A stretch of 64,000 nucleotides of DNA from an uncultured Clostridia bacterium (GCA_944367565.1 CALVWR010000011.1:92-64091), one strand, 5' to 3'. Positions 29,144 to 40,800 are shown, numbered from the stretch's first letter. Translations and numbers: made by a program. Notes: generated by a model not told the origin, from the letters alone.

Positions 29144-29960
29144 AAAACGTTCCGCAAAGATGAATATCACGCATTACGGTGTTCTCGTGCGGCGGCAGTT
29201 CAGACAGATCTTCTCCAACGCGAAACTGTTCTTATCGCTGCTGCTGCAGGCTCCCGTCATGCTCATGATCGCGCTTTTTGTCTATAATCGGGATACCTTT
29301 CAGCCGGGGTATGTCAGCCTGTTCGACGCGTCCACCATCATCTTCGTCCTCGTGTTCGTTTCCGCGCTGATGGGGATTCTCAATTCCTACGGCGCCATCT
29401 GTAACGAACGCCCCATTTTAACGCGGGAAGTGTTCGGCGGACTGGATGTGGCGGCATATCTGTTGGCAAAGTTTACCGTACTCGCGCTGGTCGGGCTGGC
29501 GCAGTGCGTCATTTTGTCGGGAGGCGCGCTCCTCGCCATCGATTTCCCCTTTACCTATCCGTTCGTCGGGACGCTGCAGTTCTTTCTCGCCCTCTATCTG
29601 ACCAATGTTTCCGTTGCGGCGATGGGGCTTCTGATCTCTTCGTTGCTGAAGAACGCGGGCAGCGCGATTCTGCCGGTCCTCATCGTCATCATCATGCAGG
29701 TGGTGTTTTCCGAAGCGGTTTTTCCCATCGAGGGCGTCGTGCGCAATCTCTGCTATATCACCTCCGCCATGTGGGGCGTATCCCTCATCGGGCAAAGCTG
29801 CCTGCTGAACGACTACTGGATCACCTATACCGGCGAACGTTATAAGGAAATTTACGACTATTCGCCCGTGATCAGCATCGTCGCACTTCTCGCGATCACG
29901 GCGCTTTGTCTGTTGCTGGCGATCGTGAAGCTCAAACGGGATTACAAGAATAAGGACTGA
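29130..29960 (+). CDS. ABC-2 type (ABCG-like) transporter permease
   Basis: 276 aa with 6 predicted TM helices. It overlaps the ATPase gene by 14 nt. An alternative start is MNITHY at 29160. Confidence 0.75.
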   Translation: MKRFKKRSAKMNITHYGVLVRRQFRQIFSNAKLFLSLLLQAPVMLMIALFVYNRDTFQPGYVSLFDASTIIFVLVFVSALMGILNSYGAICNERPILTREVFGGLDVAAYLLAKFTVLALVGLAQCVILSGGALLAIDFPFTYPFVGTLQFFLALYLTNVSVAAMGLLISSLLKNAGSAILPVLIVIIMQVVFSEAVFPIEGVVRNLCYITSAMWGVSLIGQSCLLNDYWITYTGERYKEIYDYSPVISIVALLAITALCLLLAIVKLKRDYKNKD

Positions 29961-29982
29961 CGCATATGCGTCTGCAGGAAAA

Positions 29983-30022
29983 AACCGCCGCGTAGCGTTC
30001 ATCTCCGCGGCGGTTTGCTTTC
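29983..30022. terminator. Bidirectional terminator between the ABC operon and fucO
   Basis: aaccgccgcg (13-nt loop) cgcggcggtt. An A-run upstream gives a U-tract for the minus-strand fucO transcript. Confidence 0.7.
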
Positions 30023-30040
30023 AGTCGCAATGCAATCGGT

Positions 30041-31192
30041 TTAATATGCTTTTTTATAAATTTCAAGAATTTCCGCAACGGAAGTTTTCCGCGGATTGCC
30101 GCCGGTGCAGGGATCGATGAACGCGTCCTCGGAAAGCTGTTTTAAACTTTCCTCCCTGATGCCGATGTCGCGGAGATGCTGGGGGATTCCGATGGCGAGG
30201 GAGAGTTTTTTCACCGCTTCGATGGCGGCGTTTGCCGCTTCTTCCGCGCTCATGCCCTTTGTGCATACGCCCATCGCGCGCGCAATGCCTTCGTATTTTT
30301 CCATCGCTGCGGGTTTATTGTATTCCATCACATAGGGGAGAAGTAACGCGTTGGCGACGCCGTGCGCGATGTCGAACCGCGCGCCGAGGGGGTGCGCCAT
30401 CGAATGTACGATGCCGAGTCCTACGTTGGAGAACGCCATGCCCGCCACATAAGAACCGTATGCCATGCCTTCGCGCGCCGCGGCGTCCGCGCCGTTCTTC
30501 ACGGCGTTTTCGAGGTTGTCCGCGATGAATTTGATGCTGTTCCAGCAAAGCAGATCGGAAATCGGGGTCGCGCCGGCGGTGATGTAGCCTTCGATGGCGT
30601 GCGTGAGCGCGTCCATTCCGGTGGAGGCGGTCAGTCCTTTGGGCATACTCATCATCATTTCCGCATCGTTGAACGCCACCATGGGGATGTCGTTGGGGTC
30701 GACGCATACCAGCTTTCTGCCGGCGTCCTCATCGGTGATGACGTAGTTGATGGTCACTTCCGCCGCCGTACCCGACGTCGTAGCGAACGCCATCACGGGG
30801 AACGCCCTGTTTTTGGTGTCGGCGGTGCCTTCGAGGGATTTCACGTCGGCAAACGAGGGGTTGTTCGCGATGATGCTGACGGCCTTTGCGGTATCGATCA
30901 CGCTGCCGCCGCCGATGGCAATGATCACATCGGGCGCGCATTCTTTGAATTTCGCGAGAGCGCACTGCACGTTGTGAATGGTCGGGTTTGCCTTCACATC
31001 GTCGAAAAGGCAGTATTTTACGCCGCTTTCATCCAGAAGATCGGTCACCATTTTCGCAACGTTGAATTTTACGAGATCCTTGTCGGAAACGACAAAGGCT
31101 TTTTTCATGCCGCGTTTTTTAAGTTCGGTTTTGAGTTCGCTTCTGCAACCCGCGCCGAAATAGCTTGTTTCGTTGAGTACCATTCTTGCCAT
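30041..31192 (-). CDS. fucO: Iron-containing alcohol dehydrogenase, lactaldehyde reductase (1,2-propanediol oxidoreductase)-like
   Basis: 383 aa, colinear with E. coli FucO as I recall it: NETSYFGAG, IAIGGGSVIDTAKA, TTSGTAAEVTINYVITDE, GMDALTHAIEGYIT and GGNPRKTSVAEILEIY. Confidence 0.8.
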   Translation of the reverse strand: MARMVLNETSYFGAGCRSELKTELKKRGMKKAFVVSDKDLVKFNVAKMVTDLLDESGVKYCLFDDVKANPTIHNVQCALAKFKECAPDVIIAIGGGSVIDTAKAVSIIANNPSFADVKSLEGTADTKNRAFPVMAFATTSGTAAEVTINYVITDEDAGRKLVCVDPNDIPMVAFNDAEMMMSMPKGLTASTGMDALTHAIEGYITAGATPISDLLCWNSIKFIADNLENAVKNGADAAAREGMAYGSYVAGMAFSNVGLGIVHSMAHPLGARFDIAHGVANALLLPYVMEYNKPAAMEKYEGIARAMGVCTKGMSAEEAANAAIEAVKKLSLAIGIPQHLRDIGIREESLKQLSEDAFIDPCTGGNPRKTSVAEILEIYKKAY

Positions 31193-31362
31193 AATCCTGT
31201 TCTCCTGTCATAAAATTATATCGAAATATATTCCGACGCAACCATTATAACATAAAGAAACGGGAAAAGCAACGTCATTTTTGATTTCCGAAGGTTTTTT
31301 GCTTTTCCGTGATTGACCTGAGGAAAAATTTGCTGTATACTATGAAAAAACAGAGGGAAAAA

Positions 31363-31773
31363 ATGTTGCAAGTGGTGGCTGCGGTCCTTTTTCGCGGCGA
31401 AAAATTTTTCATCGGACGGCGTCCGGAAACGAAGCGGCTCGGGGGGCTTTGGGAATTTCCGGGCGGGAAAGTCGAAGCCGGCGAAACGGAGAAAGCCGCC
31501 CTGGTGCGCGAGTGTCGGGAAGAGCTCGGCGTCGAGGTGCGCGTCGGGAAACGGTTCATGCGTCTTCGCCACGCGTACCCCGACGGCGAAGTATCGCTCA
31601 CGCTGTATTTTGCTTCCGTCGAAGAAGGGGAGATCAAACTGAAAGAACATACGGACGGCAGATTTATCAGCGCAAAGGAGATCGGAGCATACGCGTTTTG
31701 TCCGGCGGATCTTCCCGCTTTACAAAAATTAGCGGATCTGCTTGCCGAAAAAAAGCCGGAGGAAATAAAATGA
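31363..31773 (+). CDS. NUDIX hydrolase (MutT-like)
   Basis: Nudix box [30 protein letters not shown]. Start chosen at the ATG at 31363 behind agaggga. The tracked ORF begins at 31309, and an alternative ATG lies at 31342. Confidence 0.85.
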   Translation: MLQVVAAVLFRGEKFFIGRRPETKRLGGLWEFPGGKVEAGETEKAALVRECREELGVEVRVGKRFMRLRHAYPDGEVSLTLYFASVEEGEIKLKEHTDGRFISAKEIGAYAFCPADLPALQKLADLLAEKKPEEIK

Positions 31774-32900
31774 AAGAAAAGATAACCGATCCCGCCCTGC
31801 GGGAAAAATACGGAAAGATCGGGAGCGTCGCCGCGATCTTATGTAACGTGGTGCTGGCGGCGGGAAAGATCGTTGCGGGCCTGCTTACGGGGGCGATTTC
31901 CGTCCTTGCGGACGGATTAAACAATCTTTCCGACTGCGGCAGCGGAACGGTGGCGCTGGTATCCTTCCGCATGGCGTCGAAACCCGCCGATAAAGAGCAT
32001 CCGTTCGGACATCAGCGGGTGGAATATATCGCGTCGATGTTCGTCGCGTTTCTGATTCTCGTCGTGGCGTTTGAACTGGCTAAGGAATCGGTGGGAAAAA
32101 TCATCGCGCCGGAGGCGGCGGAATTTTCCGTGCTGGCGCTGTCGGTGCTCGGGGCGTCCGTGGCGGTAAAGGGCGGGATGTTCGTATTCGCCCGCCGGCT
32201 CGGCAAGCGCATCGATTCCGACGTGCTGTTGGCGCTCTCCAAAGACAGTCTGTCCGATTGCGTGGCCACCGCCGTCGTCATAGCGGGGCTTCTGATCGCG
32301 CACTTTACCGGATTCAATCCGGACGGATATGCGGGCGTACTGGTTGCGATTTTCGTGGCGTTTTCGGGGATCGGGATTCTGAAAGAAACGATGTCCAAAC
32401 TGATCGGACAGGCGGTGGAGCCCGAACTGATCGCCGCGATCAAAGCGCGCATCTTCGCGCATGAGGAAGTGCTGGGCGTACACGACATCAGCGTGTACAG
32501 TTTCGGACCGAACAAGTATTTTGCCAGCGTACATATCGAACTCGACGCGTCTCTCGACGTGATGGAATCACACGAACTGATCGACTCCATCGAACAGGAA
32601 TTCGCGCGGGAAACGAATATTTCGCTTACGGGGCATCTCGATCCCATCGTCGTCAACGACCCGGCGGTGGTGGAACTGCGTAAAAAGTTCGGTCAGCTGG
32701 TGAAAAGTCTGGACGAACGCTATTTCATGCACGATTTCAGAACGGTTATCGGTCCGCACCGCACCAACGTCATTTTTGAAGTCGCGATTCCCTTCGATTG
32801 CAAAAAGAGCAATGAAGAAGTCAAGGAAGACATCTGCCGCGCCGTATCCGAACAGGACGGCGGAATATATACCCCCGTCGTGCTTGTCGAAAGGCAGTGA
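31770..32900 (+). CDS. Cation diffusion facilitator (CDF) family metal efflux transporter
   Basis: The [15 protein letters not shown] start overlaps the NUDIX stop (ATGA). Motifs [11 protein letters not shown] and [11 protein letters not shown], six TM helices and a C-terminal cytoplasmic domain are present. The tracked ORF (from 31449) has a spurious Arg-rich extension. Confidence 0.88.
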   Translation: MKEKITDPALREKYGKIGSVAAILCNVVLAAGKIVAGLLTGAISVLADGLNNLSDCGSGTVALVSFRMASKPADKEHPFGHQRVEYIASMFVAFLILVVAFELAKESVGKIIAPEAAEFSVLALSVLGASVAVKGGMFVFARRLGKRIDSDVLLALSKDSLSDCVATAVVIAGLLIAHFTGFNPDGYAGVLVAIFVAFSGIGILKETMSKLIGQAVEPELIAAIKARIFAHEEVLGVHDISVYSFGPNKYFASVHIELDASLDVMESHELIDSIEQEFARETNISLTGHLDPIVVNDPAVVELRKKFGQLVKSLDERYFMHDFRTVIGPHRTNVIFEVAIPFDCKKSNEEVKEDICRAVSEQDGGIYTPVVLVERQ

Positions 32901-32993
32901 CCGCTTTCAAAACGGAACAAAAAACAAAAAGCGCACGCCTTTTTGAAGGTTGCGCGAGGGCAGGGCGTGCGCGAGAATCGTTTGTATAAAGAA

Positions 32994-33033
32994 GCCGCCC
33001 TCCCGCGGAGAGATCCGCGGGAGGGCGGCTTTT
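32994..33033. terminator. Bidirectional terminator
   Basis: gccgccctcccgcgg agagat ccgcgggagggcggc forms a 15-bp perfect stem, followed by tttt. It lies between the convergent CDF and AraC genes. Confidence 0.85.
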
Positions 33034-33034
33034 G

Positions 33035-33913
33035 TTATCGGCGGCTGAATTTTCGGATGTCCGCCGAAGGCGAGATTTTATTATAGCGTTTATAAACTTT
33101 TGAAAAATAAAGGGGATCGGCATAACCGACGGCGGCGGCGATTTCGCTTACGGACGTATAGCCCTGCGAGATCAGCATCGAAGCCGATTCGATGCGCTTT
33201 TGGGTGAGGTAATTTCCGAAGGTCAGTCCCATTGTCGCTTTGAACACTTTTGAAAGATAATTTTCATGCAAAAACAGCGCCTTTGCCACTTCCGCGATCG
33301 ACAGGGACGGATCGGAATAGTGTTCGTTGATGTACTCCAGCGTCAGTTCGATATATTTTTTCCTGTGCCGGCGGTGCAATTCCGTGTTCTGCAGTGCGGA
33401 ACGCGAAGATAACGTGGCATAATGCACGATCTGCATGAAATGTTCCAAAAAGAGAATATCCGTCAGAATTTCCTTGTCGGCGGGGATCGTGAAATTCTTA
33501 TAATATGCGTCGTGCAGTTTATGAACGTATCGCGTGGGGACGGTAAGAAAATGCCTCTTTTCGCCGAACCCCATTTTCAGCGCGTATTCGCGGCATTTGT
33601 TGCCGCTGAAGGAAACCCAGTAAAATACCGCGGGATCTTCCGGATCGGTCAGAAACCCCATATCGATGTTCGGCTGCAGCATGAAAAGCTGGTTCTTTTT
33701 CAGTACGACCGTCTGCCCGTCCGCAAAGAGCGTAAGCTGTCCTTTCATGATAAAATGCAGACGGTAGGTAGGATATTCAAAACTTGAAACATAATTTTTA
33801 TCGGAAGGCGTATGTTCAAAACCGTAATGCCCGATCAGAAGATCGATATAATCGGTGGTGATGTTGCTCGCCGATTTTGCTGCGGTGGATGTTTCAAATT
33901 CGTTCAGATCCAT
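33035..33913 (-). CDS. AraC family transcriptional regulator
   Basis: N-terminal cupin-like sensor and C-terminal double HTH (IAEVAKALFLHENYLSKVFK ... VSEIAAAVGYADPLYFSKVYKR). Start at MDLNEF (33913) behind aagggg. The tracked ORF runs to 33997. Confidence 0.9.
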   Translation of the reverse strand: MDLNEFETSTAAKSASNITTDYIDLLIGHYGFEHTPSDKNYVSSFEYPTYRLHFIMKGQLTLFADGQTVVLKKNQLFMLQPNIDMGFLTDPEDPAVFYWVSFSGNKCREYALKMGFGEKRHFLTVPTRYVHKLHDAYYKNFTIPADKEILTDILFLEHFMQIVHYATLSSRSALQNTELHRRHRKKYIELTLEYINEHYSDPSLSIAEVAKALFLHENYLSKVFKATMGLTFGNYLTQKRIESASMLISQGYTSVSEIAAAVGYADPLYFSKVYKRYNKISPSADIRKFSRR

Positions 33914-34250
33914 ATTTTTCCCCTTATACGACTTGCGTTGCCGCCGAAAAACGGTCGGTTTTTCACGCGCTTTCCTGTCAGTTTTAATTATAGTCAAAAA
34001 AGGCGCATTGTCAATATTTTTTAAAAATTAAGATAGAATTTTCCATGTTCTGTATTTTGACAAGATTGAATTTTATAAGGAATTAAAGGGAGATTCCGAA
34101 ATATGCGAACAGGAATATTCTGACAAAAAAACGGATTTTTGATTAAAACATAAAAGTTATCATTTTCCATAAAATGCCGGATGCTGTCTATTTACATCCC
34201 GGGCGGATTGTTTTATAATGAATATACAATATCGATAAGGAGAAAGAAAT

Positions 34251-37168
34251 ATGAGCAGAGCAAGTTGGGGCAAGGCGGTCATCGCGCTTGTGCTTGTCAT
34301 GATAATGTCGTTCTGTATCGGTATCGTTCTGACGCGTACGGATTTTGCATACGCGGCGGGAACGGGATTGGCAGAGTGGCTTATTTCGACAGAGAAGAAT
34401 AAAACGTTATCGACGGAAGGCGAGCGCCTCGGCGTGATCGTGGAAGCGGACGGAACAGCGCCGACGGAACGTTCAACGCGATATTCAAAGGGGATACGAC
34501 CGTCACTTTCGGCGCGCCCACGACGCTGCTGGAGGACGGCAGCGGAGTAACGAAGGGAAAAGAAATTGTTTACCGAATCAAAGATCTTTCGGGGCAGGAA
34601 ATTTTTTCCGTACATTATGTAGGAAACGGCTGGGGGACGAATGTTTACGTTCAGTACGGCACGGAAATCCGCGGCGCGACGAACAACGGACTCGGAGACG
34701 CGCCGCTGCCCGAAGGCGCGCCGGCTCACGGCTGGATTTCGAGAATTTATTATAAAGAAAAGATCGGCGACAATTTCGGCCTTTATGCGCCGTATTTTTC
34801 CGATGACGCCAGCAGAAAAAATCTGCGGAACGGAAAAATCAGTTTCAAATGGTCGGGCGACGTGCTGAATATCTATGCGTTGAACAATAATACGGATACG
34901 GAGATCAGGGTCGCGTCGTTTGACGGAACGGATACGACGTTTGAGATTCCCGACGTACGGGAAGTGGCGTTTACCACCATGGATGAAATGAACGCCAACG
35001 GACAATTTGCCCTTCCGAAAATTTACGATCGGCTGAAGGACGGGTATACGATCTCGTTTGAAAGCGCAGGGAACGTGAACGTTCAGATTAAGGCGATCAA
35101 CGACGAAGAACTCGCAACGATGACGGCGGTGCCGGAATATCTCACGGAATATTTCGCACAGCAGGGGATCGTTTATGCATATGCGGTTCCGCAAACGGCG
35201 CTTGCCGGCGGAAACGATCTGCAGCTTCCCGCGGCGGTTTATCTTGAAAACGGCGAACTGAAAAACGCGATCGTTTCCGCAACCGATCCGCAGGGGAAAA
35301 CCCTGACGGTGCAGGACGGTACGGTGAACGTCATGAATCTCGGCGATTATACCGTCACCTACACGGCGGGGACGGAAACGTACGAACATGTCGTGAAAGC
35401 GGAAAGAAGCGGGATGCCGACAAGCCTTGCGGTTTCGGCAAGCGACGTTTCCTCCGCGATCGAAAAAACGGGAGACTATGCGGGATTGAACGTCAATCTC
35501 GACGGGGAAAAAGAAAACTTTTCCGGAATGCTGAACGGCGTGTTTACGGGGGATACGAAAGTCGATTTCCGCTTTCCTCTCGATGCGGATACGGTCGCGG
35601 GCAGTAAAGTGATCTTTACGGTAAGCGACCTTAACGGAAACGCGGTGTTTGATATCGTATTCGATGCCGGCGACGGATATGCCACGCTGCCGTATATAGA
35701 CTATAACGGAAAAATCCGTGCGGGCGTCAGGAACACGCAGGAGGCAGGCTGGAAGCCGGCGGTTCTATTCAGGCAAAGAATTTTTCCGGGTGAGTCCCAC
35801 GGAACGGGTTTCCCGAATTTTGCATCTTCCAACAATACGACCGTCGGATATTTCTCGCTGGAATGGGCGGAGGACGTTCTGAATATCTGGTATCTGGCGA
35901 GCAATCAGCAGCCGCTGAAGCTGGCGGCGTTTGACGGTACGGACGCTACGTTGGAGATTCCCGAAAATCGGATCATCGTATTCAATACGGAAAGCGAGCT
36001 GAACGCCAACGCGCAATTTGCCCTTCCGAAGATTTACGATCGGTTAAAGGACGGCTACACCATCAGCTTTGAAAGCATTTGGCATAACGAAATCAATTTT
36101 GTTTCCATCAACGGCGCGGCGCTGAATCAGGATGTGCTTACGGTGCAGGATGTAACGTACGACGTGAACATCGAAGGCGAGGAAAACAAAGAAATAACGG
36201 TGCCGCAGGACAGCGAAGTTTACGCGGATATAACGTATAACCTGTTCTTCACGAACGGGTGGTCCGTACAGCAGCCGAACAGAGTGAAAGTAGACGTAGA
36301 CACGTCCGCAACCGGCGCCAGAACGGCGATCGTCACCGATCCCGCGGCCTTGCAGAGGCTGGGCGTCGACGTGCAGGTGACCTACACCGTAAACGTCCGC
36401 GAGAAAACGGCGGAAGAGATCTTTGCCGATATGGCGGAGAAGATCAACATGGAAGCCGGCGCGGCGATCCGCCTGGAAGAACCTGCCGGCTTGCGGTTCA
36501 CGACCTGCGTGGATAAACTCGCCGCGGATACGCTTGCGTCGCTTTACGACGAGGTCGCATACGGTACGATGATCGTTCCGGAAGATATGCTCGCAGGAAA
36601 GACCTTGCAGGAGCTTTACGGCGACGAAAGCGTACTCAAAGTGCAGAGCTCCGGATTTTATGCGGAGCAGAACGGCAGTTATATTTACCGTGCGTCGATC
36701 GTCAACATCCGTGATTATAATTATACCCGCAACTTTGTCGGGATCGGGTATGTGGCTTGCGCGGACGGCGTGATCTTTGCACAGCAATACGAAGCAACTT
36801 CCCGCAGCGTCTATTCGGTGGCGCAGAAAGCGTTTTCCGATCGCGTCGCAACGGCGGACGACGTCTATTGCAACGAAATTGACGGACTGTATTCCCCCTA
36901 TACGGCGGAACAGCTCAGCCGGATCAAAGAACTCTTTATCGACGCCGTTGTGGAAATCGATACGGAAGGGCAATATTGCGGAAGGACGCAGTATTATGAA
37001 CCCGCTTATCTTGCAGAGGTGCAGACAGACGGCGATACGGGAACGCGCGTCGTCACCGTGACTTCCCAAACGGAAATCAAAACGGTTTATTTCGGAGGCG
37101 AAAAAGTCGAACAAGGCAGACTCAGCTTCAGCAACGGAAATAAAACGGTCACTTTTTCGGCGGAATGA
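34251..37168 (+). CDS. Large secreted repeat protein (paralogue 1), reading frame interrupted by a -1 frameshift near 34452-34457
   Basis: A signal peptide ORF (34251-34550, ...TRTDFAYA) is followed, in the frame open from 34403, by NSADGTFNAIFKGDTTVTF...HYVGNGWGTNVYVQYGTEIRGA...ISFKWSGDVLNIYAL. This runs without a stop into the tracked ORF 34862-37168. That segment is homologous to internal modules of this gene and of 37880-41368. It is either a pseudogene or a sequencing error. Confidence 0.7.
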
Positions 37169-37183
37169 TAAAGGAGAAAAATT

Positions 37184-37306
37184 ATGAAAAAATTATATCT
37201 GCAACCCGAATTGCTTAAAATCGATTTCGTCGCTTCGGATGTCGTTCTGGCTTCGCCTGTCGGAGACGATTTCGGAAACGATCCCTACAGCGAACAGATT
37301 ATCTGA
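37184..37306 (+). CDS. Small 40-aa ORF with a strong RBS (MKKLYLQPELLKIDFVASDVVLASPVGDDFGNDPYSEQII)
   Basis: aaaggag sits 7 nt before the ATG, 15 nt after the stop of the giant gene, and a hairpin follows at 37353. It falls below the 60-aa track threshold and was found by reading the sequence. Confidence 0.45.
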   Translation: MKKLYLQPELLKIDFVASDVVLASPVGDDFGNDPYSEQII

Positions 37307-37352
37307 GTCGTAAGCAAAACGCTGAAATGCTGAATTCCGATCAAAAACCCTT

Positions 37353-37390
37353 CGCCCCGCCGCGGCATACGCCCGGCGGGGCGATCTTTC
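37353..37390 (+). terminator. Hairpin terminator candidate
   Basis: cgccccgccg (11-nt loop) cggcggggcg, followed by a weak atcttt tract. Confidence 0.5.
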
Positions 37391-37879
37391 GCTATAATGA
37401 ATATTTTGCTGTTCGCAAATTTTTTTAAAATAGAAGTTAAAATTTTCCATGCCGTTTTTTTTGCGCGCGCACGCGTTCGGAAAACAGAAAAAAAGCAAGG
37501 CCCGTCCGTCGGACGAAATGAATTTGAAATTTTATAAATAAGCCGGTTTTTACTTACTTTTTTGCCCGTCGGAAAATCATGCGGCGCGCCGAAAGAATTT
37601 TTTCTTCCCGCGCGGAAAAAGTTTTTTCCGTCTCCATATGGAAAATTTTAATAAAATTTCTGTAAAAAATATCAAATAACAACACAGAGTTTTCCATAAA
37701 TATCTTTTTGTGGTCTATGGACAAAACGGGGGTTAGGCATTACAATGAAAGCGGAAGATCGGAGAACCGTTTGCCTTGACGACGGGCAATTTTGCAAAAA
37801 GATCCGCAAACCGACCGGAGGAGCGAAAAATCGCCGGTCGAGATATGAAAAATAAAAAACAGAAAGGAAGGTAGGGAAT

Positions 37880-40800
37880 ATGAGAAAGTCGATTTTTATC
37901 AAGCCGCTCGTTTCGCTGATTCTGATGGCGACGCTGGCGATCGGCGTCGCATCGGCAGGCGCGGGAAAGGGCGTCGTCTTTGCGGCGGCAGATCTTTCCG
38001 CGTCTTCGCTTGTGCGTGCGAGCGAGGGCGTTACGGTGAGTGCGGGTGCGCAGTTCACCAAGGACGGCGGATACTCGGAGAGTCCGCGCGGGTTACTGCT
38101 CACCGTTCCGAAGGAAACGGCGAGTTATTCCTTCGACATCAGCGGCGTATTCAAAAACAACATGGCGTTGAAGTTCAACATTCCCGGACAGAGCGACGTC
38201 GACGGCGCGTACCGCTATTATGATTCCGATCTGGTCTTTGAGATTTACGACGTGGCAAGTCCGAACGTTGGTTTTGAAGTGACCTTCGGACCGGGACGCG
38301 GCACGGACTGGAACGGATGGAACGGCATGGCGTGGGTGACGTACGATTACAACGGGACGGAAGTCTACCGTGCGGGTTCTTCGCGGGACGGCGGAGAATT
38401 GCACGATAAATACGTGCATAAATATGCCGGATGGGGCGCGGGAACGTCCGCGCCGGATAACGGGGTTTGTTTCATGCCGTATCCCGAGCAGAACGGGGTG
38501 GACGGTGGAGACGCGGCGGACAACTTCGGATATCTGATTCTGCAGTACAATGCGGAAGGCAATCTGGAAATCTGGGCGCGCGGACAGGAAGGCGGAAACA
38601 AGACCATCGTCCGTCTTGCCGTGTTTGAAAAGGATCCGGCAACATATGTTCCCGATCAGTCGGACGGCTGGTTTGCGGACTGCGATCTGCCTGCAATGCC
38701 GTTTGCGGAAGGATTCGGGATCCGCGCGCGTACGGAAGGCTCGCACGATGCGGGCGATCAGGCCGTCATGCTGCTGGAAATATACGAAACGGCGGACAGA
38801 GCGACGTCGTTTATCGAGGATTATACGAACAACACTTCCGTCTTTCAGCGGTTTACGGAAAGCGGAACGAAATACGATCTTTCCGCGGAAACCATTGCCA
38901 CTCCGGCGTTCTATACGGAATTTCGGAACCGCGTGACGATCTCTGCGGACGACGCGTTCCCGTATGCCTTTGTTGCGGGCGCGACGACGCAGATTCCCGG
39001 GGCAACGTACATCACGGCGGACAATACGACGCCCGCCCCGGTAGCGAAGATTGAGCTTACCGATCCCGACGGAGAAAAGACGGACATCACCGCGTCGAAG
39101 AGCGTTACGCCCGACGTTATGGGCGAATATACCGTGACGTATACGGCGATCGAGAACTCCGAACGGCCGGGCAATACGATTTTCTTTAAATTCACGGTGG
39201 ATTCCTTCAAAACGGATACCGCAAATCTGCTTGTTCTCGACGGGAACGCGCAGTACGATCTGCAAAACAGCGGCGATTATGTGGGGATCAACCTCACGCC
39301 GAAGACCAACGACGCTTTCAGCGGAACGTTCGACGGCATTTTCACGGATGACTTCAGCATAAAATTCACCGTTCCCAGCACGCTGCCGTGTGACGGGAGC
39401 AGCAACGGACTTTCCGTCGTGTTTACGGTATCGGATCTCGAAGGAAACAAAGTGTTTTCCGTGCATTTCGTATCGGACGGCTGGGGCACCAACGCATGGG
39501 TGCGATACGGCGATGAAATCCGCGCCGGCGTGACAAACGCCGTGGGCGAAGATCTGCCGGGACAATGGCGTCCGCGTATCTATTACGTGCAACCCAAGCC
39601 TTATGACGATTACGGCATTTTCCGTCCGAACATGAACAGCAGTCAGAATACGCAACCCGGGGAACTTTCCTTTGAATGGGCGGGCGATATACTCAACATC
39701 TGGGCGCTGAACGGTACCGGCGCGCTCAAGGTGAAGCTCGGGTCCTTCGACGGGACAGACACGACGTTTGCAATCCCCGAAGGGGGTGACGTCGCCTTCG
39801 CGAGCGACGCCGAGCTCAACGAAAAAGGGAAGTTCGCGCTGCCGAAGATTTACGAACAGCTCAAAGACGGGTACACCGTCAGTTTCACGGCAGGCGTGGA
39901 AGGCGTGAAAGGAAACGCGCTTCATATTGCAGAACTGAACGGAACCAAGATCGAGCGCGATTATCTCGGCGCGGAAGGAAAGTCGGAGATCTTTCTGGAA
40001 AACGAAGCCGACGCAACCGTTTATCTTCCGCAGAACACGCAGGCGGGAGACGTGACGTTCCGTTATACGATCGCGTTTATGCCGGGGCTGGAGAAGATTA
40101 CGGAAGTCAAAATTCCTTTAGCGGCGGACACCTCGTCGATCGGACAAAAGGAAGTAACGGTTACGGACGATTCGGTGGCGGAATATTTCGGGCAGTTGTC
40201 GAAAACGTACACCGTGATCGTGGAAGAGGCATACAGACTCAGCTTTGAAACCAACGGCGGCAAGGCCATCGGGGCGATCGACTGGTCGGAGCATACGCGC
40301 AACCGTCTGGGGGACGCGTTGCCGACGGCGGAAAGGGCGTACTGGACGTTCGGCGGCTGGTATGCGGACGAAGACTGCACCGAACCCGTTACGCTCGGCG
40401 AGATACAGGGCACCGCTACCGTATATGCAAAGTGGCTGGATGAAGAACCGCCGGTCATCGAACTGAACGGTTTGAACGACGTCATGACCGTTCAGGTCGG
40501 CAACGTCGCGGTCGGGCAGAGCGACGTGCGCGTTTCCGACGCGGCGGAGGGCAACGAAATCGCGCTGATTGTCGAAGTAAAATATGAAAACGGCAGTTTT
40601 GCACTTCTTGAAGGATTCGATTTCTCGCGGCTGGGAACATATACCGTGCGTTACACGGCAGCCGATCCGAGCGGAAACGAGAGTTTCATCGAACGTACAA
40701 TCGTCGTTGTGGACGAAATTCCGCCCGTCATCACGTTGGAAGGGGAAGTTCCTCTGAACGGATTTACGGGGATCAGGATCGAACTTCCCGCGGCGACGGC

